A stretch of DNA of 59,653 nucleotides, taken from positions 1 through 59,653 of the forward strand of contig PEZT01000012.1 in NCBI GenBank assembly GCA_002773945.1, in the 5' to 3' direction. This document shows positions 36,387-45,040 of the stretch, one piece after another. The position numbers and the translations under genes were made by a program. The notes beneath the pieces are model-generated. The model saw only the letters and a list, made by a program, of their open reading frames with translations. It ran no database searches and was not told the origin of the DNA. Within the stretch, counting starts at the first letter, position 1, and the number at the start of each line of letters is the position of its first letter. This DNA comes from Candidatus Beckwithbacteria bacterium CG10_big_fil_rev_8_21_14_0_10_34_10 (lineage in GTDB: Bacteria; Patescibacteriota; Microgenomatia; UBA1400).

Positions 36387-38066
36387 ATGAAGGCAAAAAA
36401 CAATATTTTAAGAAACGGTGCCTTAATTTTGTTGAGCCGGCAAACAAACATTCTTTCAGCGGCAACAGTAATTATGGTAAACGTGGCTGCTTCTAGAATA
36501 TTAGGTTTAATTAGAGACCGCCTTTTAGCTTCTTATTTTGGTTCTTCTGCCACTTTGGGAGTTTATTTTGCTGCTTTTCGCTTACCGGATATGATTTTTC
36601 AACTTCTAGTCATGGGAGCTTTGGCGACTGCTTTTATACCGGTGATGACTTCCTTGATTTCTAAAAAGAAAAAGGAGCTTGCTTGGCAGGTGGCCTCTTC
36701 GGTTTTAAATATAGGTTTGGTGGGGTTTTTTGTTTTGTCCATTTTTATTTGTTTTTATGCTAAAAAGTTATCTCAATTAATTGCCCCGGGTTTTAATCAG
36801 GAAGAGTTAGTGTTGATGGCTAATTTAACTAGGGTCATGATTGTAGCTCAGTTTTTCTTCATTTTGTCAAATTATTTAACAGGAATTTTACAATCTTTTA
36901 AGCGTTTTTTAATTCCTGCTTTAGCCCCAGTTCTTTATAATTTGGGGATTATTGTTGGGATTATTTTTCTATCGCCAAAATTAGGAATTTATGGCCCGGC
37001 TTTAGGAGTTATTATTGGAACTTTTCTTCACTTTATTATTCAGCTGCCTCAAGCAAAGAGCTTAGGATTAAAATATCGTCTGACTTTTAATTGGAGGCAG
37101 AAAGAGGTAAAAGAAATCGGTCGGTTGATGTTGCCTCGGACAATTGGCTTGGCTGTTTCTCAAATAGATTATACGGTTGATGTTGCTTTGGCTTCTTTGA
37201 TTTCTGCCAGTTCATTAATTTATCTTAATTTTGCTCAACATTTGCAATTATTGCCAGTTGGTCTTTTTGGAGCCACTATTGCTCAGGCTGCTTTGCCAAC
37301 CCTGGCAGAAGAGGGAGATAAAAAGGATTTGGGTAATTTTAAGAAAACTCTTTCCACTTCTTTTCAACAAATTATATTTTTAGTAATGCCCTTTTCGGTT
37401 TTGCTCATAATCTTGCGGGTTCCAGTAGTGAGATTGGTTTTTGGAGCGGCTCGTTTTGATTGGCAAGCAACCCTTTTAACTGGGCAGGTGCTGGCTTTTT
37501 TTAGTCTGTCTTTGTTTGCTCAGGCAGCGGTTCACATTTTAGCCAGGGCTTTTTACGCCCTTCGGGATACAAAAACCCCGGTTTTTATTGGTGCCTTGAG
37601 TGTTTTAACTAATGTTTTTACTAGTATTTACTTTATTTTAGTTTTAAAACTGCCAGTTTGGGGTTTGGGACTATCAACTTCAATTGCTAATATATTAAAC
37701 GCTTCCCTTTTACTTATTTTTTTAAATAAAAAAGTTAAGGGATTTAAAGAACAAAGACTTTTCCACTCCAGTTTAAAAATATTTATTGTTTCTTTTATTA
37801 CTGCTTTTGCCCTTTATATTCCGATGAAATTACTTGATCAATTGGTTTTTGATACTACTAGAGTGGGGGGGCTTTTATTGTTAACTATTATTGCTTCTTT
37901 GTTTGGATTTGCCGTTTATTTTTTCCTAAGTTGGCTTTTTAGAGTGGAAATATTTATGAGTTTTTCTAAACTTTTTGAAAGAGCAGAAGATTTCCAAAAA
38001 ATACTCCGCGGAAAAAGCTTAGAACCGATTGAGGTCCATGATGAATCCACTCAATTCCATTCGTAA
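36387..38066 (+). CDS. murJ: Lipid II flippase MurJ (MviN)
   Basis: SRILGLIRD, AAFRLPD, QLLPVGLFG, RAFYALRDTKTP. Confidence 0.93.
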   Translation: MKAKNNILRNGALILLSRQTNILSAATVIMVNVAASRILGLIRDRLLASYFGSSATLGVYFAAFRLPDMIFQLLVMGALATAFIPVMTSLISKKKKELAWQVASSVLNIGLVGFFVLSIFICFYAKKLSQLIAPGFNQEELVLMANLTRVMIVAQFFFILSNYLTGILQSFKRFLIPALAPVLYNLGIIVGIIFLSPKLGIYGPALGVIIGTFLHFIIQLPQAKSLGLKYRLTFNWRQKEVKEIGRLMLPRTIGLAVSQIDYTVDVALASLISASSLIYLNFAQHLQLLPVGLFGATIAQAALPTLAEEGDKKDLGNFKKTLSTSFQQIIFLVMPFSVLLIILRVPVVRLVFGAARFDWQATLLTGQVLAFFSLSLFAQAAVHILARAFYALRDTKTPVFIGALSVLTNVFTSIYFILVLKLPVWGLGLSTSIANILNASLLLIFLNKKVKGFKEQRLFHSSLKIFIVSFITAFALYIPMKLLDQLVFDTTRVGGLLLLTIIASLFGFAVYFFLSWLFRVEIFMSFSKLFERAEDFQKILRGKSLEPIEVHDESTQFHS

Positions 38067-39849
38067 CTTCTCAATTATTGCCCATATTGATCACGGTAAA
38101 ACCACCTTAACCGATCGGTTTTTAGAAAGAACTGGAACAGTGGCTAAGCGTTTAATGCATGAACGCTTTTTAGATTCTCACCCAATTGCTCAAAAAAGAG
38201 GAGTAACTATTAAGCTAGCGCCAGTAAGGATGAATTATAAAAACTATATTTTTAACCTTATTGATACGCCGGGACACATTGATTTTTCCTATGAGGTTTC
38301 AAGGTCGTTAGCTTGTTGTGAGGGAGCAATTCTTTTAGTTGATGCCAGTCAGGGAATTCAAGCTCAAACTTTGGTTAATTATCAGTTGGCAAAAAAGCTT
38401 GGTTTAAAGATAATTCCAGTGGTTAACAAAATTGATCTTTACAACGCTCAAGTTGAGAAAACAGCAGCTGAACTTTGTCAAAACTTCAATTTTAAAAAAG
38501 ATGAAGTAATTTTTGTTTCTGCCAAAGATGACGAAAATGTTAATCAAGTCTTGGAAGAAGTGATTAAAAAAATTCCTCCTCCTCAGGGTCAAAAAGAGAA
38601 GCCTTTAAAAGCCTTAGTTTTTGATTCTTTTTATGATTCTCACAAAGGAGTAATTGTTTATCTAAGGATATTTGACGGTTTTTTAGACTTAAATCAGAAA
38701 ACACCGCCTATTTTACAATTTTTGGCAAGCAAGTTAAAGTTTGAGCCTTTAGAAATTGGGTTTTTAACTCCTAAAATGACTCCAGTTGATAAAATTGGAC
38801 CCGGAGAAGTCGGTTATCTCGCCACTGGTTTAAAAGAGATTTCTCATTCTCATGTGGGAGATACTTTAACTAGTTTAAAAACTAAAAATGAAAAGATTGG
38901 AGTTAAGCCTTTACTAGGATACCAGGAGCCAAAACCAGTGGTTTTTTTTGATTTTTACCCGGTAGAAAATAAAGACTATATTATTTTAGATGATTCTTTA
39001 AAACAATTAAAATTAAATGACTTTTCTTTGGGTTTTAACCCGGTTTCTTCTCCAGCATTGGGTAAAGGTTTTCGGTTGGGCTTTTTAGGAATTTTTCACG
39101 CTCTAATTACTCAGGAAAAATTAGAAGAGGATTTCAATCTTTCCATTGTGATAACTAGTCCCAGCGTGGAATATTGGATTGTAAAAAAAGATAGCAGTTT
39201 ATTAAAAATCCATAGTGCTAGTGAGATAGATGATTTATCCCAAATAAAAGAAGTCCGAGAACCTTGGATTACCGCCTCAATTTTTACACCAATAAAATAT
39301 TTAGGACCAGTTTTTGAACTTTGTCAAAATAAAAGAGGTAGATTTGTTAATCAAGAATATTTTGGTGATTATATTAATTTAAAATACGAATTGCCTTTAA
39401 TTGAATTGGTTGGAGGGTTTTATGATCAACTAAAGTCTGTTTCTTCAGGTTTTGCCAGCTTTAATTATCAGCTAGCTGACTTTCGTCCTTTTAAGGCGGT
39501 TAAATTAGATGTTTTGATTCAAAGGGTAAAAGTAGAGGTTTTATCAATGATTGTTAATAAAGAAAAAGGCGAGAAGGTGGCCAAAAAACTGGCAAAAAAA
39601 CTTAAGGAGGTTATTCCTAAGCAGCTTTTTGAGGTTCCAATTCAGATTAGTCTAAATGGAAAAATTATTGCTCGAGAAACAGTTAAGGCTTATCGTAAAG
39701 ATGTGACGGCCAAACTTTATGGAGGTGATCAAACCAGGAAAGACAAACTTTTAAAAAAGCAAAAAAAAGGAAAGAAGAGAATGAAACAGATTGGGAGAAT
39801 TAATCTTCCTCAAGAAGCCTTTATGGCTGTTTTAGAGATAGAAAAATAA
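38041..39849 (+). CDS. lepA: Elongation factor 4 (start likely ATG 38041 or 38038)
   Basis: IRNFSIIAHIDHGKT, DTPGH, NKID, GFRLGFLG, RKDVTAKLYGGD. Confidence 0.95.
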   Translation: MNPLNSIRNFSIIAHIDHGKTTLTDRFLERTGTVAKRLMHERFLDSHPIAQKRGVTIKLAPVRMNYKNYIFNLIDTPGHIDFSYEVSRSLACCEGAILLVDASQGIQAQTLVNYQLAKKLGLKIIPVVNKIDLYNAQVEKTAAELCQNFNFKKDEVIFVSAKDDENVNQVLEEVIKKIPPPQGQKEKPLKALVFDSFYDSHKGVIVYLRIFDGFLDLNQKTPPILQFLASKLKFEPLEIGFLTPKMTPVDKIGPGEVGYLATGLKEISHSHVGDTLTSLKTKNEKIGVKPLLGYQEPKPVVFFDFYPVENKDYIILDDSLKQLKLNDFSLGFNPVSSPALGKGFRLGFLGIFHALITQEKLEEDFNLSIVITSPSVEYWIVKKDSSLLKIHSASEIDDLSQIKEVREPWITASIFTPIKYLGPVFELCQNKRGRFVNQEYFGDYINLKYELPLIELVGGFYDQLKSVSSGFASFNYQLADFRPFKAVKLDVLIQRVKVEVLSMIVNKEKGEKVAKKLAKKLKEVIPKQLFEVPIQISLNGKIIARETVKAYRKDVTAKLYGGDQTRKDKLLKKQKKGKKRMKQIGRINLPQEAFMAVLEIEK

Positions 39850-39864
39850 CTTCATTAAAGCCCC

Positions 39865-39901
39865 TTGACAATATTTAGCAGTCATGCTTTAATAGTGCTA
39901 A
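39865..39901 (+). promoter_or_regulatory. Promoter -35 plus CIRCE element of the hrcA-grpE-dnaK operon
   Basis: TTGACA 39865-39870; TTAGCAGTC-N9-TAGTGCTAA at 39875-39901. Confidence 0.88.
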
Positions 39902-39952
39902 TAATATTTTTTATATAGATTAGTTTTTATTCTTGTCCATGGAGATGAAATA

Positions 39953-40684
39953 ATGTTTGATTTAAATGATCGGCAAACTCAAATTTTAAAGTCAGTTATT
40001 GAAGAATATATAGAAACAGCTGGACCAGTTGGCTCAGAAACTTTGGATAAAAAATATAATTTAGGTGTTTCACCAGCCACTATTAGAAATGAAATGGTTA
40101 ATTTAACTAAGATGGGGTTACTTAAACAATCTCATGTTTCTTCAGGTAGAACCCCAACGCCAATCGCTCTTAAATATTATATTAATCAACTAATGGAAGA
40201 AAAAGAATTAGGGGTGACAGAAGAAGTCGCAGTTAAAGAAAGGGTTTGGGATAATCGAAATCAAGTAGACATTCTTCTTCAGGAGATTACCAGAAGTTTA
40301 GCAGAAAAAACCGGAGTTTTGGCTATTACTACCACCAATCAGGGTAAGATTTATCATTCTGGCTATGCCAATATTTTAGATATTCCTGAATTTTACGATA
40401 TTGACGTGACTAAAACAGTCCTTACTATTATTGAAGATTTTAAACGGATGGATGAGTTTTTTAGTCAGGATGACAGCGAAGAGATAGTTCATGCTTTAAT
40501 GGGAGATGATTTTGGTTTAGAATTGCTTGAACCCTGTAGTTTAGTTTTTACCAACTTTAATTTAAAAGATAAAATAAAGGGTTCTTTGGGAGTAATTGGT
40601 CCTTGCCGACTTAATTATTCTCATATTATTCCAACATTAAAGTACTTTGGTAGTTTATTAAATGAAATTTCTCAGTCTATATAA
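39953..40684 (+). CDS. hrcA: Heat-inducible transcription repressor HrcA (short form)
   Basis: RQTQILKSVIEEYI, PVGSETL, SPATIRNEM, HVSSGRTPT, GVIGPCRLNY. Confidence 0.93.
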   Translation: MFDLNDRQTQILKSVIEEYIETAGPVGSETLDKKYNLGVSPATIRNEMVNLTKMGLLKQSHVSSGRTPTPIALKYYINQLMEEKELGVTEEVAVKERVWDNRNQVDILLQEITRSLAEKTGVLAITTTNQGKIYHSGYANILDIPEFYDIDVTKTVLTIIEDFKRMDEFFSQDDSEEIVHALMGDDFGLELLEPCSLVFTNFNLKDKIKGSLGVIGPCRLNYSHIIPTLKYFGSLLNEISQSI

Positions 40685-40741
40685 ATAAATTTTTAAATAT
40701 TGAAAAATAATTATTAGTCCAAATAAAGTAAATAATAAAGA

Positions 40742-41191
40742 ATGAAGAATAAAAAGCCAATAACAGATAAAAAAGAGATAGCCAATTTGCAAATTCTAAT
40801 TAATGATTTAGAAGGAAAATGGAAAAGAGCTTTGGCAGACTATGCCAATTTAGAAAAAAGAATAGAGACAGATAAAAATAATTTTGTGAAGTTTTCTAAT
40901 GCTACTCTTTTAGATAAATTTTTAACTGTTTTAGATGATTTGGAAAGAGCAGAAAAACACCTTATGAATAAAGGACTTAATATAGCAATGGATCAATTCC
41001 GGGCTGTTTTTAAAAGTGAAGGGGTAGAAGAAATAAAAGTAATTAAAAAGTTTTTTGATCCAGAAAAAATGGATTGTGTGGAAATGATTAAAGGGAATAA
41101 TAATCAAGTTTTAGAAGTGGTTCAAAAAGGTTACTTGTTAAATAATAAAGTATTAAGGCCAGCTAAAGTAAAAGTTGGTAAAGGAGGTTAA
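40742..41191 (+). CDS. grpE: Nucleotide exchange factor GrpE
   Basis: [30 protein letters not shown]. Confidence 0.95.
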   Translation: MKNKKPITDKKEIANLQILINDLEGKWKRALADYANLEKRIETDKNNFVKFSNATLLDKFLTVLDDLERAEKHLMNKGLNIAMDQFRAVFKSEGVEEIKVIKKFFDPEKMDCVEMIKGNNNQVLEVVQKGYLLNNKVLRPAKVKVGKGG

Positions 41192-41195
41192 TAAA

Positions 41196-43106
41196 ATGAG
41201 TAAAATAATTGGTATTGACTTAGGAACAACCAATTCTTGTGTCGCTGTTATGGAGGGCGGTAAGCCTAAAGTAATCCCCAGTAGTGAAGGAGAGAATTTA
41301 ATTCCTTCAGTGGTTGAGCCGGTTAAGAATTTAGTCGGTCGGGTAGCTAAAAGGCAAATGATTCTTAATCCAGAAGACACAATTAACAGTATTAAGCGTT
41401 TAATGGGAAGAAAGATTGATGATCCTGAATCAGAAAAAGCCAAAAAAATGGTTCAATACAAAATTAAAGCTGGAAAAGATCAAATGGCAGTAGTAGAAAT
41501 AAAAGGTAAAGAATATACCCCTCAAGAAATTTCCGCCAAGATTTTACAAAAAGCCAAAAAAGATGCTGAAAGCTATTTGGGTACCAAAGTAGACGAAGCG
41601 GTCATTACTGTTCCTGCTTATTTTAATGATGCTCAGCGTCAAGCGACTAAGCAAGCAGGTGAGATCGCTGGTTTGAAAGTAAAAAGAATTATTAATGAGC
41701 CAACTGCTGCTTCTTTAGCTTATGGAATGGAAAGGAAAAAAACAGAAACAATCGCGGTTTATGATTTAGGTGGCGGGACTTTTGATATTTCAGTTTTAGA
41801 ACTTGGAGATGGTGTTTATGAGGTTAAAGCTACTAATGGTGACACTTTTTTGGGTGGTGATGATTTTGATCAAGAGATTATTGACTGGATTATTTCCGAG
41901 TTTAAAAAAGAGCAGGGAATTGATTTAAAAAAAGATAAGCAGGCACTTCAGCGAATTAAAGATGCAGCTGAAAAAGCTAAGATTGAACTTTCTTCTTCTA
42001 CAGAAACAGAAATTAATCAGCCCTTTATTACTCAGGGAAAATCAGGCCAGCCGCTTCATTTAACAATGAAGCTAAGTAGGGCTAAACTAGAAGAATTAGT
42101 TGATGATTTAATTGAAAAAACAATGAAACCAGTCGATGCCTGCTTGAAAGACGCCAAGTTAGATCCTAAAAAAGTTGATGAGGTGATTTTAGTTGGTGGC
42201 CAAACAAGGATGCCTAAAATTCAAGCCCTGGTAAAGAAATATTTTGGGAAAGAACCAAATAAATCAGTTAATCCCGATGAGGTAGTGGCTGTTGGGGCAG
42301 CAATTCAGGGTGGAGTCTTGGCGGGTGATGTTAAAGATATTCTACTTTTAGATGTTACTCCTTTAACCCTGGGTTTAGAAACTCTTGGCAGGGTTTCTAC
42401 CCCTTTAATTGAGAGGAATACAACTGTGCCTACTAGCAAATCTCAGGTTTTTTCAACAGCGGCTGACAATCAAACCCAGGTTGAGATTAATGTCCTTCAG
42501 GGGGAAAGGTCAATGGCCGCTGATAACAAATCTTTAGGAAGATTTGTTCTTGATGGGATTCCACCGGCTCCTAGAGGGGTGCCTCAAATTGAAGTAATCT
42601 TTGATATTGATGCTAATGGAATTTTAAATGTCACTGCTAAAGACAAAGCTACTAATAAAGAGCAAAGCATTACTATTAAAGGCTCAACTGGTCTTTCTGA
42701 GGAAGAAATTGACAAAATGACCAAAGAAGCAGAAAAACATGCTGAAGAAGATAAGCAGAAAAAAGAGCTGGTTGATGCTCGTAATCAAGCAGACACCCTA
42801 GTCTTTACCGCTGAAAAGACTCTTAAAGACGCTGGTGATAAGGTTAATAAAAAAGATAAAGAAGATGTTGAAGAGGAAATTAAGAAAGTCAAAGACTTAC
42901 TTAAAGAAGAAAGTTTGACTAAGGAAAAGATTGAAGAAGCAACCAAATCCTTATCTGAAAAACTACAGACAGTTGGGGCAGCTATGTATCAAGACAAGGA
43001 AAAACAAGGAGAAGATAAAAAGAAGGAAAAAGAAGAAGTAGACAAGAAAGAGTCAGATAAAGGAGACAAAGTTAAGGCTGAAGAGGGTGAAGTAGTTGAA
43101 GAATAA
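41196..43106 (+). CDS. dnaK: Chaperone DnaK (start moved to ATG 41196)
   Basis: [31 protein letters not shown]; SD AAGGAGG. Confidence 0.99.
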   Translation: MSKIIGIDLGTTNSCVAVMEGGKPKVIPSSEGENLIPSVVEPVKNLVGRVAKRQMILNPEDTINSIKRLMGRKIDDPESEKAKKMVQYKIKAGKDQMAVVEIKGKEYTPQEISAKILQKAKKDAESYLGTKVDEAVITVPAYFNDAQRQATKQAGEIAGLKVKRIINEPTAASLAYGMERKKTETIAVYDLGGGTFDISVLELGDGVYEVKATNGDTFLGGDDFDQEIIDWIISEFKKEQGIDLKKDKQALQRIKDAAEKAKIELSSSTETEINQPFITQGKSGQPLHLTMKLSRAKLEELVDDLIEKTMKPVDACLKDAKLDPKKVDEVILVGGQTRMPKIQALVKKYFGKEPNKSVNPDEVVAVGAAIQGGVLAGDVKDILLLDVTPLTLGLETLGRVSTPLIERNTTVPTSKSQVFSTAADNQTQVEINVLQGERSMAADNKSLGRFVLDGIPPAPRGVPQIEVIFDIDANGILNVTAKDKATNKEQSITIKGSTGLSEEEIDKMTKEAEKHAEEDKQKKELVDARNQADTLVFTAEKTLKDAGDKVNKKDKEDVEEEIKKVKDLLKEESLTKEKIEEATKSLSEKLQTVGAAMYQDKEKQGEDKKKEKEEVDKKESDKGDKVKAEEGEVVEE

Positions 43107-43133
43107 TTAGATCTAATGATTGGGAATATATAA

Positions 43134-43156
43134 GGGGCTCGCCTAGGGCGAGCCCC
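43134..43156. other. GC-rich 10-bp stem-loop between dnaK and dnaJ
   Basis: GGGGCTCGCC-TAG-GGCGAGCCCC perfect inverted repeat, no U tract. Confidence 0.85.
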
Positions 43157-43174
43157 CAATGATAGAATTAATTT

Positions 43175-44041
43175 ATGGTTTCAAAAAGAGATTATTACGA
43201 CATTCTTGGTGTTTCTAAGAATGTTTCAGAGGCTGAAATTAAAAAAGCCTACCGGGGTTTAGCCCTGAAATATCACCCTGATAAAAACAAAGAAAAAGGG
43301 GCAGCTGAGAAATTTAAAGAAATTAACGAAGCTTACGAAGTTTTATCTAATCCCAAAAAGAAACAAACTTATGACCAGTTTGGTCATGATGCTTTTGACC
43401 AAACAGCTGGCTTTGGAGGAACAGGCCCTGCTGGCAGAACCTATAAATCAGGACCCTTTACTTATACTTATACAACCAATAGTGGTGGGCAAACTGGTGG
43501 TGTTGACTTTGGCGGTTTTTCTGACCCTTTTGAAATATTTGAAGCTTTTTTTGGCGGAGGCTCACCTTTTAGGAGAGGGCCACAGTTACTAAGGTATAGC
43601 CTTAGTTTAGACTTTTTAGAGGCAGCCAAAGGAACTGAAAAAACAATTATTCATCAGGGAAAAGAATATAAAATCAAAGTTCCAGCAGGAGTAGATGATG
43701 GGATTAGAATTAAATTTAAAGATTTTATTGTTAGTTTTGACGTAAAACCAGATCCAGTTTTTAAAAGAGATGGAAGGGACATTTTTATAAACCACGAAAT
43801 CCCTTTTGTTTTGGCAACCCTAGGGGGAACGACTGAAATCCCGACCCTGGATAAGGAGATGAAAATAAAGATTAGGACAGGAACTCAACCAGGAACTATG
43901 ATCAGGCTAAGGGGCAAAGGTATTCCTAGTCCACAAGGTTTTGGAAAAGGAGATCAATATATCCGTTTAGTAGTCACTATTCCAGAAAAACTCACGAGAG
44001 AACAAAAAAGACTTTTACAAGAATTTGAAGAAATGAGTTAA
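43175..44041 (+). CDS. dnaJ: DnaJ family co-chaperone lacking the zinc finger
   Basis: J domain with HPD, G/F-rich region, C-terminal domain; no CxxCxGxG repeats. Confidence 0.9.
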   Translation: MVSKRDYYDILGVSKNVSEAEIKKAYRGLALKYHPDKNKEKGAAEKFKEINEAYEVLSNPKKKQTYDQFGHDAFDQTAGFGGTGPAGRTYKSGPFTYTYTTNSGGQTGGVDFGGFSDPFEIFEAFFGGGSPFRRGPQLLRYSLSLDFLEAAKGTEKTIIHQGKEYKIKVPAGVDDGIRIKFKDFIVSFDVKPDPVFKRDGRDIFINHEIPFVLATLGGTTEIPTLDKEMKIKIRTGTQPGTMIRLRGKGIPSPQGFGKGDQYIRLVVTIPEKLTREQKRLLQEFEEMS

Positions 44042-44079
44042 TTTATAGGTTCGAGTTCTACTAGTAAGGAGAAAATAAT

Positions 44080-44577
44080 ATGGATATAAATTTTTTAGTC
44101 GAACAGGTTAAAAAGAACCTCCAGGTAAAAGGTTATGGTATTCAGGAAAATATTCAATATGGTGATTTCAAGTATCTAATGATTGGACATTTATCTAAGT
44201 TTGAATTTAGTAAATTTGGCATATCCGACTACTTTTTTACCGCAGGCTATTTAAAAGACGCTACTGTAGCAAATATTAAAGCCTTTTCAAATCAAAGTTT
44301 TGGGTAAACAGGGAGTAATCGTAGCAATAAATTACCACCTGGTTTATTTGGAGGATTTTGGGCTTTTTCAATTATTTTTGTTGACAAACTCCAAGACAGT
44401 GTACGTCAAGTAATAGAAAATGATTGTCCGCCAAAACACTGGTCTTCTTTTGAATTTCCAATAGTGGTTGAGTTGTCAACAGGGAAAGCGACTTATTTTC
44501 AAGGAACACCTATTTGGGGCATGGCTTATTATGCAGGCTTTAGACAGCTAGTTAGTGAAGTTGCATCTTTTAAGTAA
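44080..44577 (+). pseudogene. 165-codon gene interrupted by one in-frame TAA at 44305-44307
   Basis: The frame of the 75-aa ORF continues open for 89 more sense codons (LPPGLFGG...PPKHWSSFEFP...TPIWGMAYYAGFR) to TAA 44575-44577; SD AAGGAG at the start. Confidence 0.8.
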
Positions 44578-44845
44578 GGTTTTGTCATTTTCACTTTTTC
44601 TATTTCTTCCCTAATTTGCTGAACAAGCCTAAAGTCAGAGAAAGCCTTGATAATACAAGACAGTTGAGTGGTTATATTAAAGTTACGCTCTCCGAGCCAC
44701 CAATATTTTAATTAGAAAATTTGAAATTAGAAAATTTTTTATTAATAAGTGGCAGTTTTTCAGGAAGAGTTTGAAATTAGATTCTAAAATTATGGAAATT
44801 GTCGATTTTAATCAGAAGCCATTTTTGAGGATTGTCTTTAACTTC

Positions 44846-44874
44846 TTGACAAGAACTTCCTAAAATGATATAAA
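44846..44874 (+). promoter_or_regulatory. Putative rpoBC promoter
   Basis: TTGACA-N17-TATAAA with TGa extension. Confidence 0.65.
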
Positions 44875-44893
44875 CTATTTTAAGACTAAGGTT

Positions 44894-44919
44894 AGGCATA
44901 TTTTAGTATGTCTTTTTTT
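44894..44919 (+). terminator. Terminator-like hairpin in the rpoB leader
   Basis: AGGCAUA-UUUUAG-UAUGUCU followed by a U tract. Confidence 0.5.
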
Positions 44920-44975
44920 GCATTTATATTTGTAAAGAATTAAGAGTTATTCTTGAGAAAATTTTTATAAACATA

Positions 44976-45020
44976 CCAGTAAAATTGAATTCAGGCAAAA
45001 AAGCCTGAATTTTTTACTGG
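44976..45020 (+). promoter_or_regulatory. 18-bp bulged hairpin in the rpoB leader
   Basis: CCAGTAAAA(ttg)AATTCAGGC-AAAAAA-GCCTGAATTTTTTACTGG. Confidence 0.7.
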
Positions 45021-45040
45021 CCCTGCCTGCTTTGTATTAA

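Noticed and set aside
41153-41443. 96-aa minus-strand ORF opposite dnaK, and the ORF 4127-4327 opposite groEL
   Set aside because: Antisense open frames are a known by-product of codon bias in conserved chaperone genes; no independent motifs or start signals.
44578-44845. Possible decayed ORF or IS remnant (about 60 open codons from 44681; ATTAGAAAATTT twice)
   Set aside because: No start codon at its 5' end, several upstream stops, no recognisable transposase motif or terminal repeats.
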